This document shows positions 37,497 through 47,400 of a DNA stretch of 64,000 nt, piece by piece. A program made the position numbers and the translations under genes. Origin of the DNA: Dehalococcoidia bacterium (GTDB lineage: Bacteria > Chloroflexota > Dehalococcoidia > Lucifugimonadales > UBA2985); NCBI GenBank assembly GCA_965263185.1, contig OZ253588.1, forward strand, positions 1,025,454-1,089,453, written 5' to 3'. How positions within the stretch are numbered: position 1 is the stretch's first letter; each line of letters starts with the position of its first letter. A model generated the notes under the pieces. That model worked only from the letters and a program-made list of their open reading frames with translations, had not been told where the DNA came from and did no database searches.

Positions 37497-38795
37497 TCAG
37501 TTAGACAAAGCCCCCTGTAGAGACCAGGGGCCGGTCTTGCTGATGCGGACCTGGGCCAGCTCTCCAAGGAGGTCGGCCTCATGCGGGAAGAACACCAGCT
37601 TGTCGCTGCGAGTCCGTCCCTGCCATTGCCCTTTGTTGTGGCCGTCAACCAGCGCTTCCACCGTCCGCCCCAGAAGCCCGGAGTTGATTTCCGCGACGAT
37701 TCCCTCCTGGAGCTCCTCGATGGCCTGAAGCCTGGCCTTCTTCTCGTGGTCTGGAACGTCGTCCTCCATCCTGCGGGCGGCAATGGTGCCCGGCCTGGTG
37801 GAGTAGGCGGCCGCGTGCACCTTGTCGAACCTGACGTCCCGGATGATGTCAAGAGTGGCTTGAAACTGCTCGTCCGTCTCGCCCGGAAAGCCGACTATTA
37901 CGTCCGTGCTCATGGAGACGTCCGGGACGGCGGCGCGTATCCTGTCGACCAGCCGGAGGTAGTCGTCTCTGGTGTAGCTGCGGCGCATGTTCAGCAGGAC
38001 TTCGTCGTCCCCGGCCTGGAAGGGCAGGTTGAAGTGCTCGCATACCTTGGGGGAGTCCGCGACCGCTTGGATGATGCGGTCGCTCATAAAGCGAGGGTGA
38101 GAGGTGAGGAAGCGGATGCGCTCAAGGCCCTCGATGGGGTGTACCGCTTCCAGGAGGTCGGCTAGGTCTGGCCTGTCCGGCAGGTCGTGGCCGTAGGCGT
38201 CCACCGTCTGGCCGAGCAGGGTGACCTCCCTGACGCCTCGCTGCGCCAGTAGCTCCACCTCTCGCACCACGTCCTCCACAGGGCGGCTCTGCTGCCTGCC
38301 GCGCCGGTAGGGGATGATGCAGAAGGAGCAGAACTCATCGCAGCCGTGGATTATGGGCACGTAGGTTGTGACGTGCGGCTTGACGGGAGCCAGGTTTTGC
38401 AGGCAACCCTCCACGTCCATGCCAAACCGCTCGCCAAGCAGGTCGATGAGAGGCCCGTACTGCTGCGGCGCCATGAACACGTCCACGTATGGGTAGCGAC
38501 GCTCAAGGTCGCCGGTCTTTGGCCCCACCATGCAACCCATGAGGGCGACTATTCGCTCAGGGTCTCGCTGCTTGAGGGGCTTGAGGGAGGTTATCATGCC
38601 CGTTACCTTGTCCTCGGCGCTCTGCCGCACCACGCAGCTGTTGAGAACTATGACGCCGGCCTCTTTGGGCGATGCGCTCTCCCGGAAGCCAAGGCCGTGC
38701 AGCGCGCCGGCCAAGCGTTCAGAGTCTGCCTTGTTCATCTGGCAGCCGATGGTCCAGATATAGTAACTGTTAGCGTCCACCTGGGCTCCTGGCAA
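37497..38795 (-). CDS. miaB: tRNA methylthiotransferase (MiaB family)
   Basis: UPF0004 N-domain TIGCQMNKADSE, radical-SAM CDEFCSFC, C-terminal TRAM domain (VEALVDG...ISKTGPWSLQG). Confidence 0.85.
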   Translation of the reverse strand: MPGAQVDANSYYIWTIGCQMNKADSERLAGALHGLGFRESASPKEAGVIVLNSCVVRQSAEDKVTGMITSLKPLKQRDPERIVALMGCMVGPKTGDLERRYPYVDVFMAPQQYGPLIDLLGERFGMDVEGCLQNLAPVKPHVTTYVPIIHGCDEFCSFCIIPYRRGRQQSRPVEDVVREVELLAQRGVREVTLLGQTVDAYGHDLPDRPDLADLLEAVHPIEGLERIRFLTSHPRFMSDRIIQAVADSPKVCEHFNLPFQAGDDEVLLNMRRSYTRDDYLRLVDRIRAAVPDVSMSTDVIVGFPGETDEQFQATLDIIRDVRFDKVHAAAYSTRPGTIAARRMEDDVPDHEKKARLQAIEELQEGIVAEINSGLLGRTVEALVDGHNKGQWQGRTRSDKLVFFPHEADLLGELAQVRISKTGPWSLQGALSN

Positions 38796-39632
38796 CTGCT
38801 ATGTTCCTTGGCTATTGGTCATTGGTGAGAAGGTGGCGGAGGAAATGTCCATCGAATAAGCGCCGTTTTGGCTATAGAATCCGATCCGCCCGATTGCCTA
38901 TCCCACAAATTATCCCACGCCCTTGACTCGGCAAGACTATTTTATGAGTAGGCATTAGTTAGAGGGACTCTAGGGAGTATTCATAGATTATATCAGATGG
39001 GCATGCGGGCTACAATGGTCTGTATGCGGGCGCGCAGCAGTTCCCCGCCGCCGTTCATAAACCTCCTGAGTTGACTAAAGGGTACATATGGCGCACGTCC
39101 TCTAGGCGTGAAACGCCGTCCTGGACGGCATCGATGGCCCGGATTCCGAGATTCGCCGGACTCTCAGGAACGGCCAGGGACGATTTATGCCGCCGCCGGA
39201 GCGCGTGAGTGTGCCTGAGCGCGGGGCGCGTGGGAATATGTCCGACACCGACTCATCCTGAATGAGTTAGATGATTGATGGCAGAAGATTCTTGAGCAGC
39301 AGTTTCCAAGAACTGCCAGGAGAAAAGGACCGTCCAGAGGCGGCTCCCCACTGGAGAGTAGTATCCACCCGGGAGGCCCGGGTAAGAATCGGACTCGCCC
39401 TACACGACCTGGACCATCGCCCAGGTCGTCGATGATCTTTTGCGCCGCGTTTTCGGCGCCCCCCGCGTGCTGCGATATAATATAAGAGGGAAATGAAACT
39501 GAGGCCAAAAATAACAGACAGAGGGTACACTGCAATTCGTTATTATCGGTGTATCTGTGTCGCCACATGGGATTTTATGATATGATGAATGTCCTGTGTC
39601 GGAAAATAGCCGCTCGAAAAGGAGAACGTCCT

Positions 39633-40442
39633 GTGCCGCAACGCCAGAGACCCAGGCTCAAGCGGATCCCCATAACGTGCGACTGGTGCGGCTCCACCGC
39701 TCTCAAGCTTTACCCGTCGCGGGAGAGCGTCCGGCAGCAGCTCTCGCCCTATCACTTCTGCAGCTCGACGTGTCAACGCGATCACTGGGAGGCGCGGCGG
39801 AAAGCCGAGTGGGTTGCCGAGTCATACCCATGCCGTCAGTGCGGCGCTACTCTCACCACCCAGCAGGCCCCCGGCCGGCGGCGGGACTACTGCTCAGCCG
39901 CGTGCAAGCAGAAGGCGGCTCGGGAGCGGTTACGGCGGAATCCTGCCGGCGCGGTGGTGGTGGCGCGGCAGAGATTCCAGGAGGCATGGCGCCAGACGGT
40001 GAAAGCCATGAACCAGTGGGTAGGGTTCGACGCGCATGGAGCGCCAGTGGGAAAGGCCTACCGCCAGGCTGCGCTTGTCCACAATACCGAAGGAGTCACC
40101 GAAGAGGAGAAGATGGAGGCCGTCGTACGCATTTCCAAAGCGATCAGAGGCCTAGATGGTCCGCAGTATGTGGGAGAGCCGTCCAGGTATCGTGCTTCAG
40201 GTGGGGTGTGGCAGGAGTGGTGGAATTGGTGGCTGGAGGGCCGGAGGCAGCGCTGGCGCTTCTACGACGATCACCTTGCCGCGGCCCAGGCGGCCACGGC
40301 GGAACTGCGCAAGCGAGAGAGAGTCGCCGCACGTCGGGCCGAAACGGCGAGGCTACGCCGGGCCGCGGCACGCGACCACGTAGAAGACTCTACGGGGTCC
40401 GTTGGGTTCTCCCCTGCGGACCTGGAGCTGAGGCCCGGGTAA
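39633..40442 (+). CDS. hypothetical Arg-rich protein with two Zn-ribbon-like Cys4 units
   Basis: CDWCGS...FCSSTC and CRQCGA...YCSAAC. GTG at 39633 lies 8 nt after AAAGGAG. The ORF is open from 39549. It is GC-rich inside AT-rich flanks. An overlapping 308-aa ORF in another frame was judged a shadow. Confidence 0.45.
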   Translation: MPQRQRPRLKRIPITCDWCGSTALKLYPSRESVRQQLSPYHFCSSTCQRDHWEARRKAEWVAESYPCRQCGATLTTQQAPGRRRDYCSAACKQKAARERLRRNPAGAVVVARQRFQEAWRQTVKAMNQWVGFDAHGAPVGKAYRQAALVHNTEGVTEEEKMEAVVRISKAIRGLDGPQYVGEPSRYRASGGVWQEWWNWWLEGRRQRWRFYDDHLAAAQAATAELRKRERVAARRAETARLRRAAARDHVEDSTGSVGFSPADLELRPG

Positions 40443-40880
40443 AAACATTACTTTTTAGCGGTCAGAATCTGCAGGGGTTTTCCGTGCCTGAAACGCCCGC
40501 TGTTTTCAGCCAACCTTTTTAGCGAATATATATCCGCGCGTGAGACGCAGTTTTCATCTCTACTCCGCGTTTCAAAGCCTACCCACCGCATGCGCTGTTC
40601 TCTGTAACAGTCGAAGTGTTGTCTTGCAGGTCAAAGGGAGTTGCAGGCTCAAACAATCCAACGGTGAAGACACCACAATAGGGCCTTTAGGAAGCTCATC
40701 AGACGTCCATCCAACCCGTGATCTATATGCTCTCGCAGTGTCCCAATTTTGCTGGTTGCCAACACTGGGTGGCAGTCTCTAGGCAATCAGAAATACTCGC
40801 GGCGGGAATCATTCTGATCCAAGATAGGAGAGAACTCTACTAAGTGCTTAGTCAGGTATCAATACTATTTCCATTCGGAA

Positions 40881-43409
40881 CTAATCCTCATAACCCAGCT
40901 CCTTTGCCCGTTGAAAGTCTTCGGCTGCTCCTTCTGCATCGCCCATCTTCTCTCTGGTCACGCCTCGAACCTGATATGCTATGGCACTTTTCGGTTCACT
41001 CTCAACCGAAGAGTTGAAATCGGCCAATGCCAAGGCAAATTCCCCCCTCGCCGCATGAGCGTAACCACGGAACCGGTAGACGAGCGAATTGTCGGGCGCA
41101 AGCCGAATTGTAATGTCGTAGTCGGCAATAGCCCTGTCGAAATCGAGCTTCTGGCGATACGCCATTCCTCTGCCAAAATAGGAGGGTATGTGTTCCGGAT
41201 CCAGCTTAAGAGCTTCGTTGTAATCGGCAATTGCCAAATCGTATTCGCCGTTGAATCGAAGGCAATCTCCTCTACATCGACGTGCGTCTACGTGGCTTGG
41301 TTCTAGTCGTAAAGCCTCGTCAAAGTCCGCGATGGCTAGTTCCAGCTCATCCCGTTCGCCATAAGCCATCCCGCGATGGTGGTAAGCCATGGCGTTGTTG
41401 GCACCAAGAAGAATCGCCCTTGTTGTATCGGAAACCACCCTATCAAAGTTGTTCATGTAACCATGGACAACCCCGCGCAATTGGTATGCAGCGGAATTGC
41501 CCGGGGTAAGCTTAATTGCTTCGTCCAGGTCTGAAATTGCTCGTACATTGTCTTCCTTTTCGAAGAAGGCCAATGCCCTGTACATGTATGCCGCGGCATT
41601 GTTGGGATTGCGCCTCAAGGAGGCACTGAGAGCAGCCATGTCTAGCTTGTCGCCCTTCTTCATGTCTAATGAGGGCAACTCCGCAATTGCCGCATTCACC
41701 AACTCTGATAGCTGTTCCAACTCTTCAGCGAATCCCATATGGCGCGCCATCTTGCTGTAGAGGTTCGACTTTGACCTGTCACCAGCCAGCAATCCGGTGA
41801 CGGCTGTGGCAACTACCACTGGTGGGGCGTCTGGATTCAACCTCAGGGCAGACTCGAAGGTTTCCAGAGATTCTTGGAACCTTCCCAATTGACGTAAGGC
41901 CACCGCCATTGCTTGGTAGTAGTATGCATCAAGGGAACCGCGTTCCGGGGCAACGCCTTGCAGATGCTCAACGGCTTCCCGTTCCCGGCCGGCCATGAGC
42001 AATATCCATCCGATTTCAGTCCAAGGAAGAAGCCAGTTTGGGTCCAACTTTGCGGCGAGCCAGCACTCCTCTAGACCTTCTTCGACCAAGGCCGCATCGC
42101 CTCTCTTGGCGCCTATGCCCCCCTTGACCGATCCCAAGGTGAAATGGTTTGCAGGGTCCAACAGGTCCAGTTCGGCCGCCTTGGTAACCTCGGCTAGAGC
42201 CTCGGGCATTTTCCCTTGTATTTGTAGCTCCATAGATCGCTCGTAGTGGGCGTAGGCTTCAGGTTTGCTTACATCCCAGCCCTTGAGAAGTCCACCTTCG
42301 GTTTCTTGGATCAGGGCATCAACTTCTCCCCGATGAACCTGATAGTTGACGGCTATCACCCTCCTTATCCAGTCCGAGCCCACCGCGACTAGGTCCTCTT
42401 TCCACTCACTATCCGACTCCCTCTCGGCCAATTCAGACAAGACCGGCTCTGAATACAGGGAGCCTGCACCATGAGCTAGTATGTCGGCGAAAGCAGCGTG
42501 GTGGGATTCCGTATCTAAGTGGACTTTTAAGCTGTCGTACACAAGAGTAGCGTAATTGCGCAAATGCTGAACTATCTCTGTGACGACTTCGGTTCCTATG
42601 TAGCCTGCCAGGGCAACGGCGATATCGCTGGCCCAATAGAGCCGTCTCAGTTCGCGGAGTACACGTGTGCGTTCGTGAGAGTCACCCTCCTTGGCTAATG
42701 CCTTGGCTATGTTCCTCAGGTTCTTACTCGATGGCCGCGAGCCCCGGTACACCCACGCTTCCACAGTGTTTTTGTCCACTACCATCTTACAGGAGAAATC
42801 CCAAAGAGAGGGGATTCCCGCTTCGGAGCGCATACTATCGAGATATTTGCCCCTGCGGTCAATTTCGACCCAGTCCAGAAAATTGAGAGCGATTGGTTCG
42901 GAACCGCTGAGGCGCATCTGAGCCGCGACTCTCAGCGCCAGGTCGACAGCAGCAAGCCTCGCATAGATCCTCCAAACGTTGGGTAAGTGGCTTGGGAACA
43001 CGCGCGGCATCCTGGGCCGAAGCAGAGATCTCAACCGGTCCCACTTCACCGCATGGTGATCGAGTATGGTGGTCAGCGCTTGTACAGTGGATGAAGCGCC
43101 ATCTCCATCGCTTGTACTTGTGCCCACCCCTTGTTCGACTAGGGTTTCCGCTATAGCCTTGATAATCTCAGTACGGCTGGACTCCTTCACTCTGTCTTCC
43201 AAATACCCTGAGAAATAGCGGCTGGCTGTCTTTGATTGGAGCTTTGGATGTTCTATACCCAAAGTCTTTACCAACTGCCCCAATATCTGGCCGCTGGTCG
43301 GCAGCTGCGGGGCAACTTCTCTTTCCAATACTTCGTCCGTACCTTCGCTGGTTTTGCTTTCCGACATTTCACTCCCTACGTGGTTCATTCTACCAGTCAT
43401 AGGAACCAC
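40881..43409 (-). CDS. HTH (XRE-like) + TPR repeat protein, coupled to pVip
   Basis: The C-terminal ~400 aa contain about 10 TPR units (e.g. AYMYRALAFFEKEDNVRAISDLDEAIKLTP, AMAYHHRGMAYGERDELELAIADFDEALRLEP, SYFGRGMAYRQKLDFDRAIADYDITIRLAP). The N-terminal half has an XRE-like stretch, VDKNTVEAWVYRGSRPSSKNLRNIAKALA. No P-loop. Candidate starts: 43409 (GTG), 43400, 43388. Confidence 0.75.
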   Translation of the reverse strand: MVPMTGRMNHVGSEMSESKTSEGTDEVLEREVAPQLPTSGQILGQLVKTLGIEHPKLQSKTASRYFSGYLEDRVKESSRTEIIKAIAETLVEQGVGTSTSDGDGASSTVQALTTILDHHAVKWDRLRSLLRPRMPRVFPSHLPNVWRIYARLAAVDLALRVAAQMRLSGSEPIALNFLDWVEIDRRGKYLDSMRSEAGIPSLWDFSCKMVVDKNTVEAWVYRGSRPSSKNLRNIAKALAKEGDSHERTRVLRELRRLYWASDIAVALAGYIGTEVVTEIVQHLRNYATLVYDSLKVHLDTESHHAAFADILAHGAGSLYSEPVLSELAERESDSEWKEDLVAVGSDWIRRVIAVNYQVHRGEVDALIQETEGGLLKGWDVSKPEAYAHYERSMELQIQGKMPEALAEVTKAAELDLLDPANHFTLGSVKGGIGAKRGDAALVEEGLEECWLAAKLDPNWLLPWTEIGWILLMAGREREAVEHLQGVAPERGSLDAYYYQAMAVALRQLGRFQESLETFESALRLNPDAPPVVVATAVTGLLAGDRSKSNLYSKMARHMGFAEELEQLSELVNAAIAELPSLDMKKGDKLDMAALSASLRRNPNNAAAYMYRALAFFEKEDNVRAISDLDEAIKLTPGNSAAYQLRGVVHGYMNNFDRVVSDTTRAILLGANNAMAYHHRGMAYGERDELELAIADFDEALRLEPSHVDARRCRGDCLRFNGEYDLAIADYNEALKLDPEHIPSYFGRGMAYRQKLDFDRAIADYDITIRLAPDNSLVYRFRGYAHAARGEFALALADFNSSVESEPKSAIAYQVRGVTREKMGDAEGAAEDFQRAKELGYED

Positions 43410-44259
43410 CTCTCGACAGGAATTTCTCAGGAGCTATCGAGATGTCACGGAGCGCCTCCTCTACTCCAACCTCCAGGATAGGTCGGCTGTAGATGTGAGT
43501 TCCGGAAACGTTGTCGAAGAACCTCCCAGCGGGGTCTACCATGACGTAGCTTCCCGTCATCAGGTCGTTGCTCTCCGGCACCACTACGATTCCAGTCATC
43601 TCGACTCGCCTGCACTGTTGGACGTACCGCTGAAATTCACCATCTGAAACTATATGCTCTCCAATTCCCGCGTCGTTCTGCCCCTTGACAGGGAGCACCT
43701 GGAAGAGCTTCCATCTCTCTGGGCGAGCCTTCACTATGAAATCGGTGAGGTCTTCCCCCAAGTTGCTTTGCGTCACCACGGTGTTGACCTTTATGCGAAC
43801 ACCGGATTGCTTGAGTATTTCGACTACACACAGGTAATCTTCTTTACTCATGGGGCCGTGTCTAGTAGTCCTGCCAATACCCACGAGTGTGTCCCTGTCC
43901 ACGGAATCAATGCTCAACGCAATCCAGGCGAGGCTTCCTTTGACGCTCTCCAGCCATTCCCCTGTAGTCCGGCTCCCATTGGTCACCACCGATGTGGTGA
44001 GTCCTAACTCCTTCGCCCGCCGGATCAGGTCAGGCAGCCAGGGACACAGGGTCGGCTCGCCACCGGCGAAGTTAATCTTTTGGAAGCCGGCCCCTGAAAG
44101 AGACTCTACAACTAGGATGCAATCCTCACGTCCGAGATGTCCCTTGGGCAGAAACTGCGGCTCAATATCCTGGAAGGTAGCGAAGCAGAACTTACATCTC
44201 ATATTGCAGGCCTTCCACAGGTGGTAGTTGACGGACGGAATCTCGTTGACTATGCTCAT
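43390..44259 (-). CDS. prokaryotic viperin (radical-SAM ddhNTP synthase homologue)
   Basis: SVNYHLWKACNMRCKFCF (CxxxCxxC), KINFAGGEP, RWKLFQVLPVKGQN, VPESNDLMTGSYVMVD, ILEVGVEEAL, FLSRGGSYDW. These are co-linear with the viperin/RSAD2 blocks as I recall them. ATG at 44259 follows AGGAGAGAA. The ORF is open to 44295. Confidence 0.85.
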   Translation of the reverse strand: MSIVNEIPSVNYHLWKACNMRCKFCFATFQDIEPQFLPKGHLGREDCILVVESLSGAGFQKINFAGGEPTLCPWLPDLIRRAKELGLTTSVVTNGSRTTGEWLESVKGSLAWIALSIDSVDRDTLVGIGRTTRHGPMSKEDYLCVVEILKQSGVRIKVNTVVTQSNLGEDLTDFIVKARPERWKLFQVLPVKGQNDAGIGEHIVSDGEFQRYVQQCRRVEMTGIVVVPESNDLMTGSYVMVDPAGRFFDNVSGTHIYSRPILEVGVEEALRDISIAPEKFLSRGGSYDW

Positions 44260-44462
44260 TTCTCTCCTCGGATATCTGTTGCTTTTGCACCGCATATCCC
44301 TATGGTATGGAGCCTATCCCCCGCTCACTACCCTACTTTGGTGGACAATTTGCATTTCGAACCCCCTATTTCTGTGATGAGGGGACGAGTTAATCGGGCC
44401 TCGCTACCGACTCACAGAGCGATCACGCGGGGATGTAGTCACGCTCGATTATGGCGTAGAAT

Positions 44463-47400
44463 ATGGCTATGCCAGTAACCACAACAAAGCTGACCACGGC
44501 AGTCGAGCAGTACTTCGCCGACCTCCGGCTCATACGGGCGTCCGGCGGCGCTACCGGTGAGCGGTCGTACTACCCGGCGCTGACCAACCTGCTTAACGCC
44601 GTAGGCAGCACTCTCAGGCCCCAGGTGTTCTGCGTAGGCGAGCTTGCCGAGCAGGGCGCGGGCCACCCCGACTTCGGCCTCTACGCGAGACGGCAGGTGC
44701 AGCGGGGAACTCCGCGCCCCGGCCAAGTCCCCGAACGCGGAGTCGTGGAGGTCAAGCCCGCCGGTGACGACGCCTGGTTGACGGCGGACAGCGACCAGGT
44801 GAGCCGCTACTGGGGTCGGTACAGGCTCGTGCTGGTCACCAACACCCGCGACTTCGTGCTGGTGGGCGAGGACGCGCAGGGCAACCCCGTTAAGCTGGAG
44901 ACCTTCCGTCTTGCCGACTCGGAGCAGGCGTTTCACTCCCGGCTGGAGACGCCCCGGTCCTTTGCCCGCGCCATGGGCGCGGGCCTGGGCGAGTACCTTT
45001 GCCGTGCGCTGTCCCACAGCGCGTCGATAGTCGAACCCAAGGACCTGGCATGGCTCATGGCGTCCTACGCGCGGGACGGCCTGGCGCGGGTGGAGGCTGC
45101 GGGCGACGCCCCATCCCTCCATGCCGTCCGCTCCGCCCTTGAGGAGGCGCTGGGCGTGCGCTTCGAGGGTGATAAGGGCGCGGCCTTCTTCCGCTCAACC
45201 CTGGTGCAGACCCTCTTCTACGGCGTCTTCTCCGCGTGGGTGCTCTGGGCCCGCCAGACGACGCCGCCCGCAGGCCCGTTCAACTGGCACGACGCCGTAT
45301 GGCACCTGAGAGCGCCCGTCCTCCGAGCCCTCTTCCAGCAGCTGTCCTCGCCCTCACAGCTACAGCCACTGGGACTGGTCGAGCTGCTGGACTGGACTGC
45401 GGCGGCCCTGGACCGTGTCGACCGCGGTGCCTTCTTCGACCGCTTCGACGCAGGCGAGGCCGTGCCGTACTTCTACGAGCCGTTCCTGGAGGCCTTCGAC
45501 CCCGAGCTTCGCAAGCAGCTTGGCGTCTGGTACACGCCCGCCGAGGTGGTGCGCTACATGGTCGCTCGCGTCGACATGGCGCTGAAGGAGGACCTGGGCA
45601 TCGCCGACGGCCTGGCGGCCGACAACGTCTACGTCCTTGACCCCTGCTGCGGCACCGGGACGTACCTTGCCGAGGTTCTGCGACGCATCGCCGCAAATCT
45701 CCAGGGCAAGGGCCTGGGCGCTCTCACCGGAGCGCAGGTGAAGCGGGCGGCCACCCAAAGGGTGTTCGGGTTCGAGATCATGCCTGCGCCCTTCGTCGTC
45801 TCCCATCTACAGGTTGGACTGACCATGCAGGCGCTGGACGCTCCCCTGTCCGATGACGAGACGGAGCGCGCCGGGGTGTACCTCACCAACGCCCTCACCG
45901 GCTGGGAGCCCAGCGTGCAGAAGCCGCTGCCCTTCCCGGAGCTGGAGGAGGAGCGCGACCGCGCCGATAGGGTGAAGCAGGATACGCCGGTCCTGGTCAT
46001 CCTGGGCAATCCGCCCTACAACGGCTATGCGGGCATGGCTGTCGAAGAAGAGCGGGAGCTCTCCACGGCCTATCGGACCACCAAGCAGGTGCGGCGTCCG
46101 GAGGGCCAGGGGCTGAACGACCTGTACGTGCGATTCTTCCGCATGGCAGAGCGTCGCATTGCCGAGAAGACGGGCCGGGGCGTGGTCTGCTTCATCTCCA
46201 ACTACTCCTGGCTGGACGGCCTCTCCTTCACGGGCATGAGGGAGCGCTACCTGGAGGCCTTTGACGTTATCCGTATAGACAACCTCAACGGCGACAAGTA
46301 CAAGACGGGCAAGACGACTCCCGGTGGCGCGCCGGACCCAAGCATCTTCTCCATGCCGGGCGATCCGGTGGGCATCCAGGTGGGTACAGCGATTACGACC
46401 CTGGTGCGCAAGGCTGACCACCAGCCCGCCAAAGAGGTCGGCTTCCGGCATCTGTGGGGACAGACAAAGCTCTCCGACCTGACGGCGACCGCCGAAGTGG
46501 GACCGGATGAGCTTTACGACAGCGTTGAGCCGAGCTTGCCTTTGGGGTTGCCGTTCGCTCCCGTCACTGTCAGCGCTCGATGGGCGGATTGGCCCGCGCT
46601 GCCAGACCTGTTCCAGATGTACTTCCCCGGGGTGCAGACGAGCAGAGACACGTTCCTATCGGACGTTGACATTGACCGGCTAGAGCGTCGTATAGCGGAC
46701 TACTTCAACCCTAACGTTAGCCATGAAGAGATTGCTCGGCGCTATCCTTCAGCGATGAACTCTACGGCAAACTATAAGGCTATTCCAGTTCGAGATGCAT
46801 TGCTTAACCGGGGCAACTCCGAAGACACAGGTGTCTTGCGCTTCGACTTTCGGCCATTTGACAAAAGATGGCTGTATTGGGATGGGCAACATGGCTTACT
46901 CAATCGTCCACGCCCTGAATACAAACCTCATGTATTCAAGGGGAACATAGCATTGGTTTCTCAACAGAAGCCTCGTCGAGAATGGTCTCCGCCCCAAGTG
47001 ATTGCTGCGTTGGGTTGCTACGACCTGATGGACCGTAATGCTTCATGCTTCCCTCTATGGCTCCACGAAGAGGGCATGGCACTTGACGGCGGCGGAGAGC
47101 AGCGCCGCCCCAACCTGTCGGACGCGGCCCAACGCTACCTTGACCGCCTAAGCCTGGGAGTGGAGGACCTGTTCCACCACGTCCTCGCCGTGCTGCACGA
47201 CCCATCCTACAGGGAGGCCAACGCCGGCGCCCTCAGGATGGAGTGGCCCCGCATCCCGCTGCCGGGCTGGCCGGACGGCGATACTTCGGGAGCGGCTGAA
47301 GAGCTGGCGGCATCGGCGGCGCGGGGACTGGAGCTTGCCGCGCTGCTTGACTCGGAGACGCCCGTTGCTGGCGTCACGACCGGCGCGCTGCGGTCGGAGA

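Noticed and set aside
35100-37728. 406-aa, 235-aa and 378-aa plus-strand ORFs.
   Set aside because: They are antisense shadows of nadC and nadA. Their composition is dominated by G/R/H/P/A.
39185-39568. 127-aa and 87-aa minus-strand ORFs in the AT-rich spacer after miaB.
   Set aside because: There is no SD, no recognisable domain, and the composition is odd. The region more likely holds decayed mobile-element sequence or is non-coding.
44439-46451. 227-aa, 148-aa, 126-aa and 214-aa minus-strand ORFs inside the methyltransferase gene.
   Set aside because: The plus-strand frame carries all the methyltransferase motifs. The minus-strand products are Arg/Gly/Pro-rich with no recognisable features.
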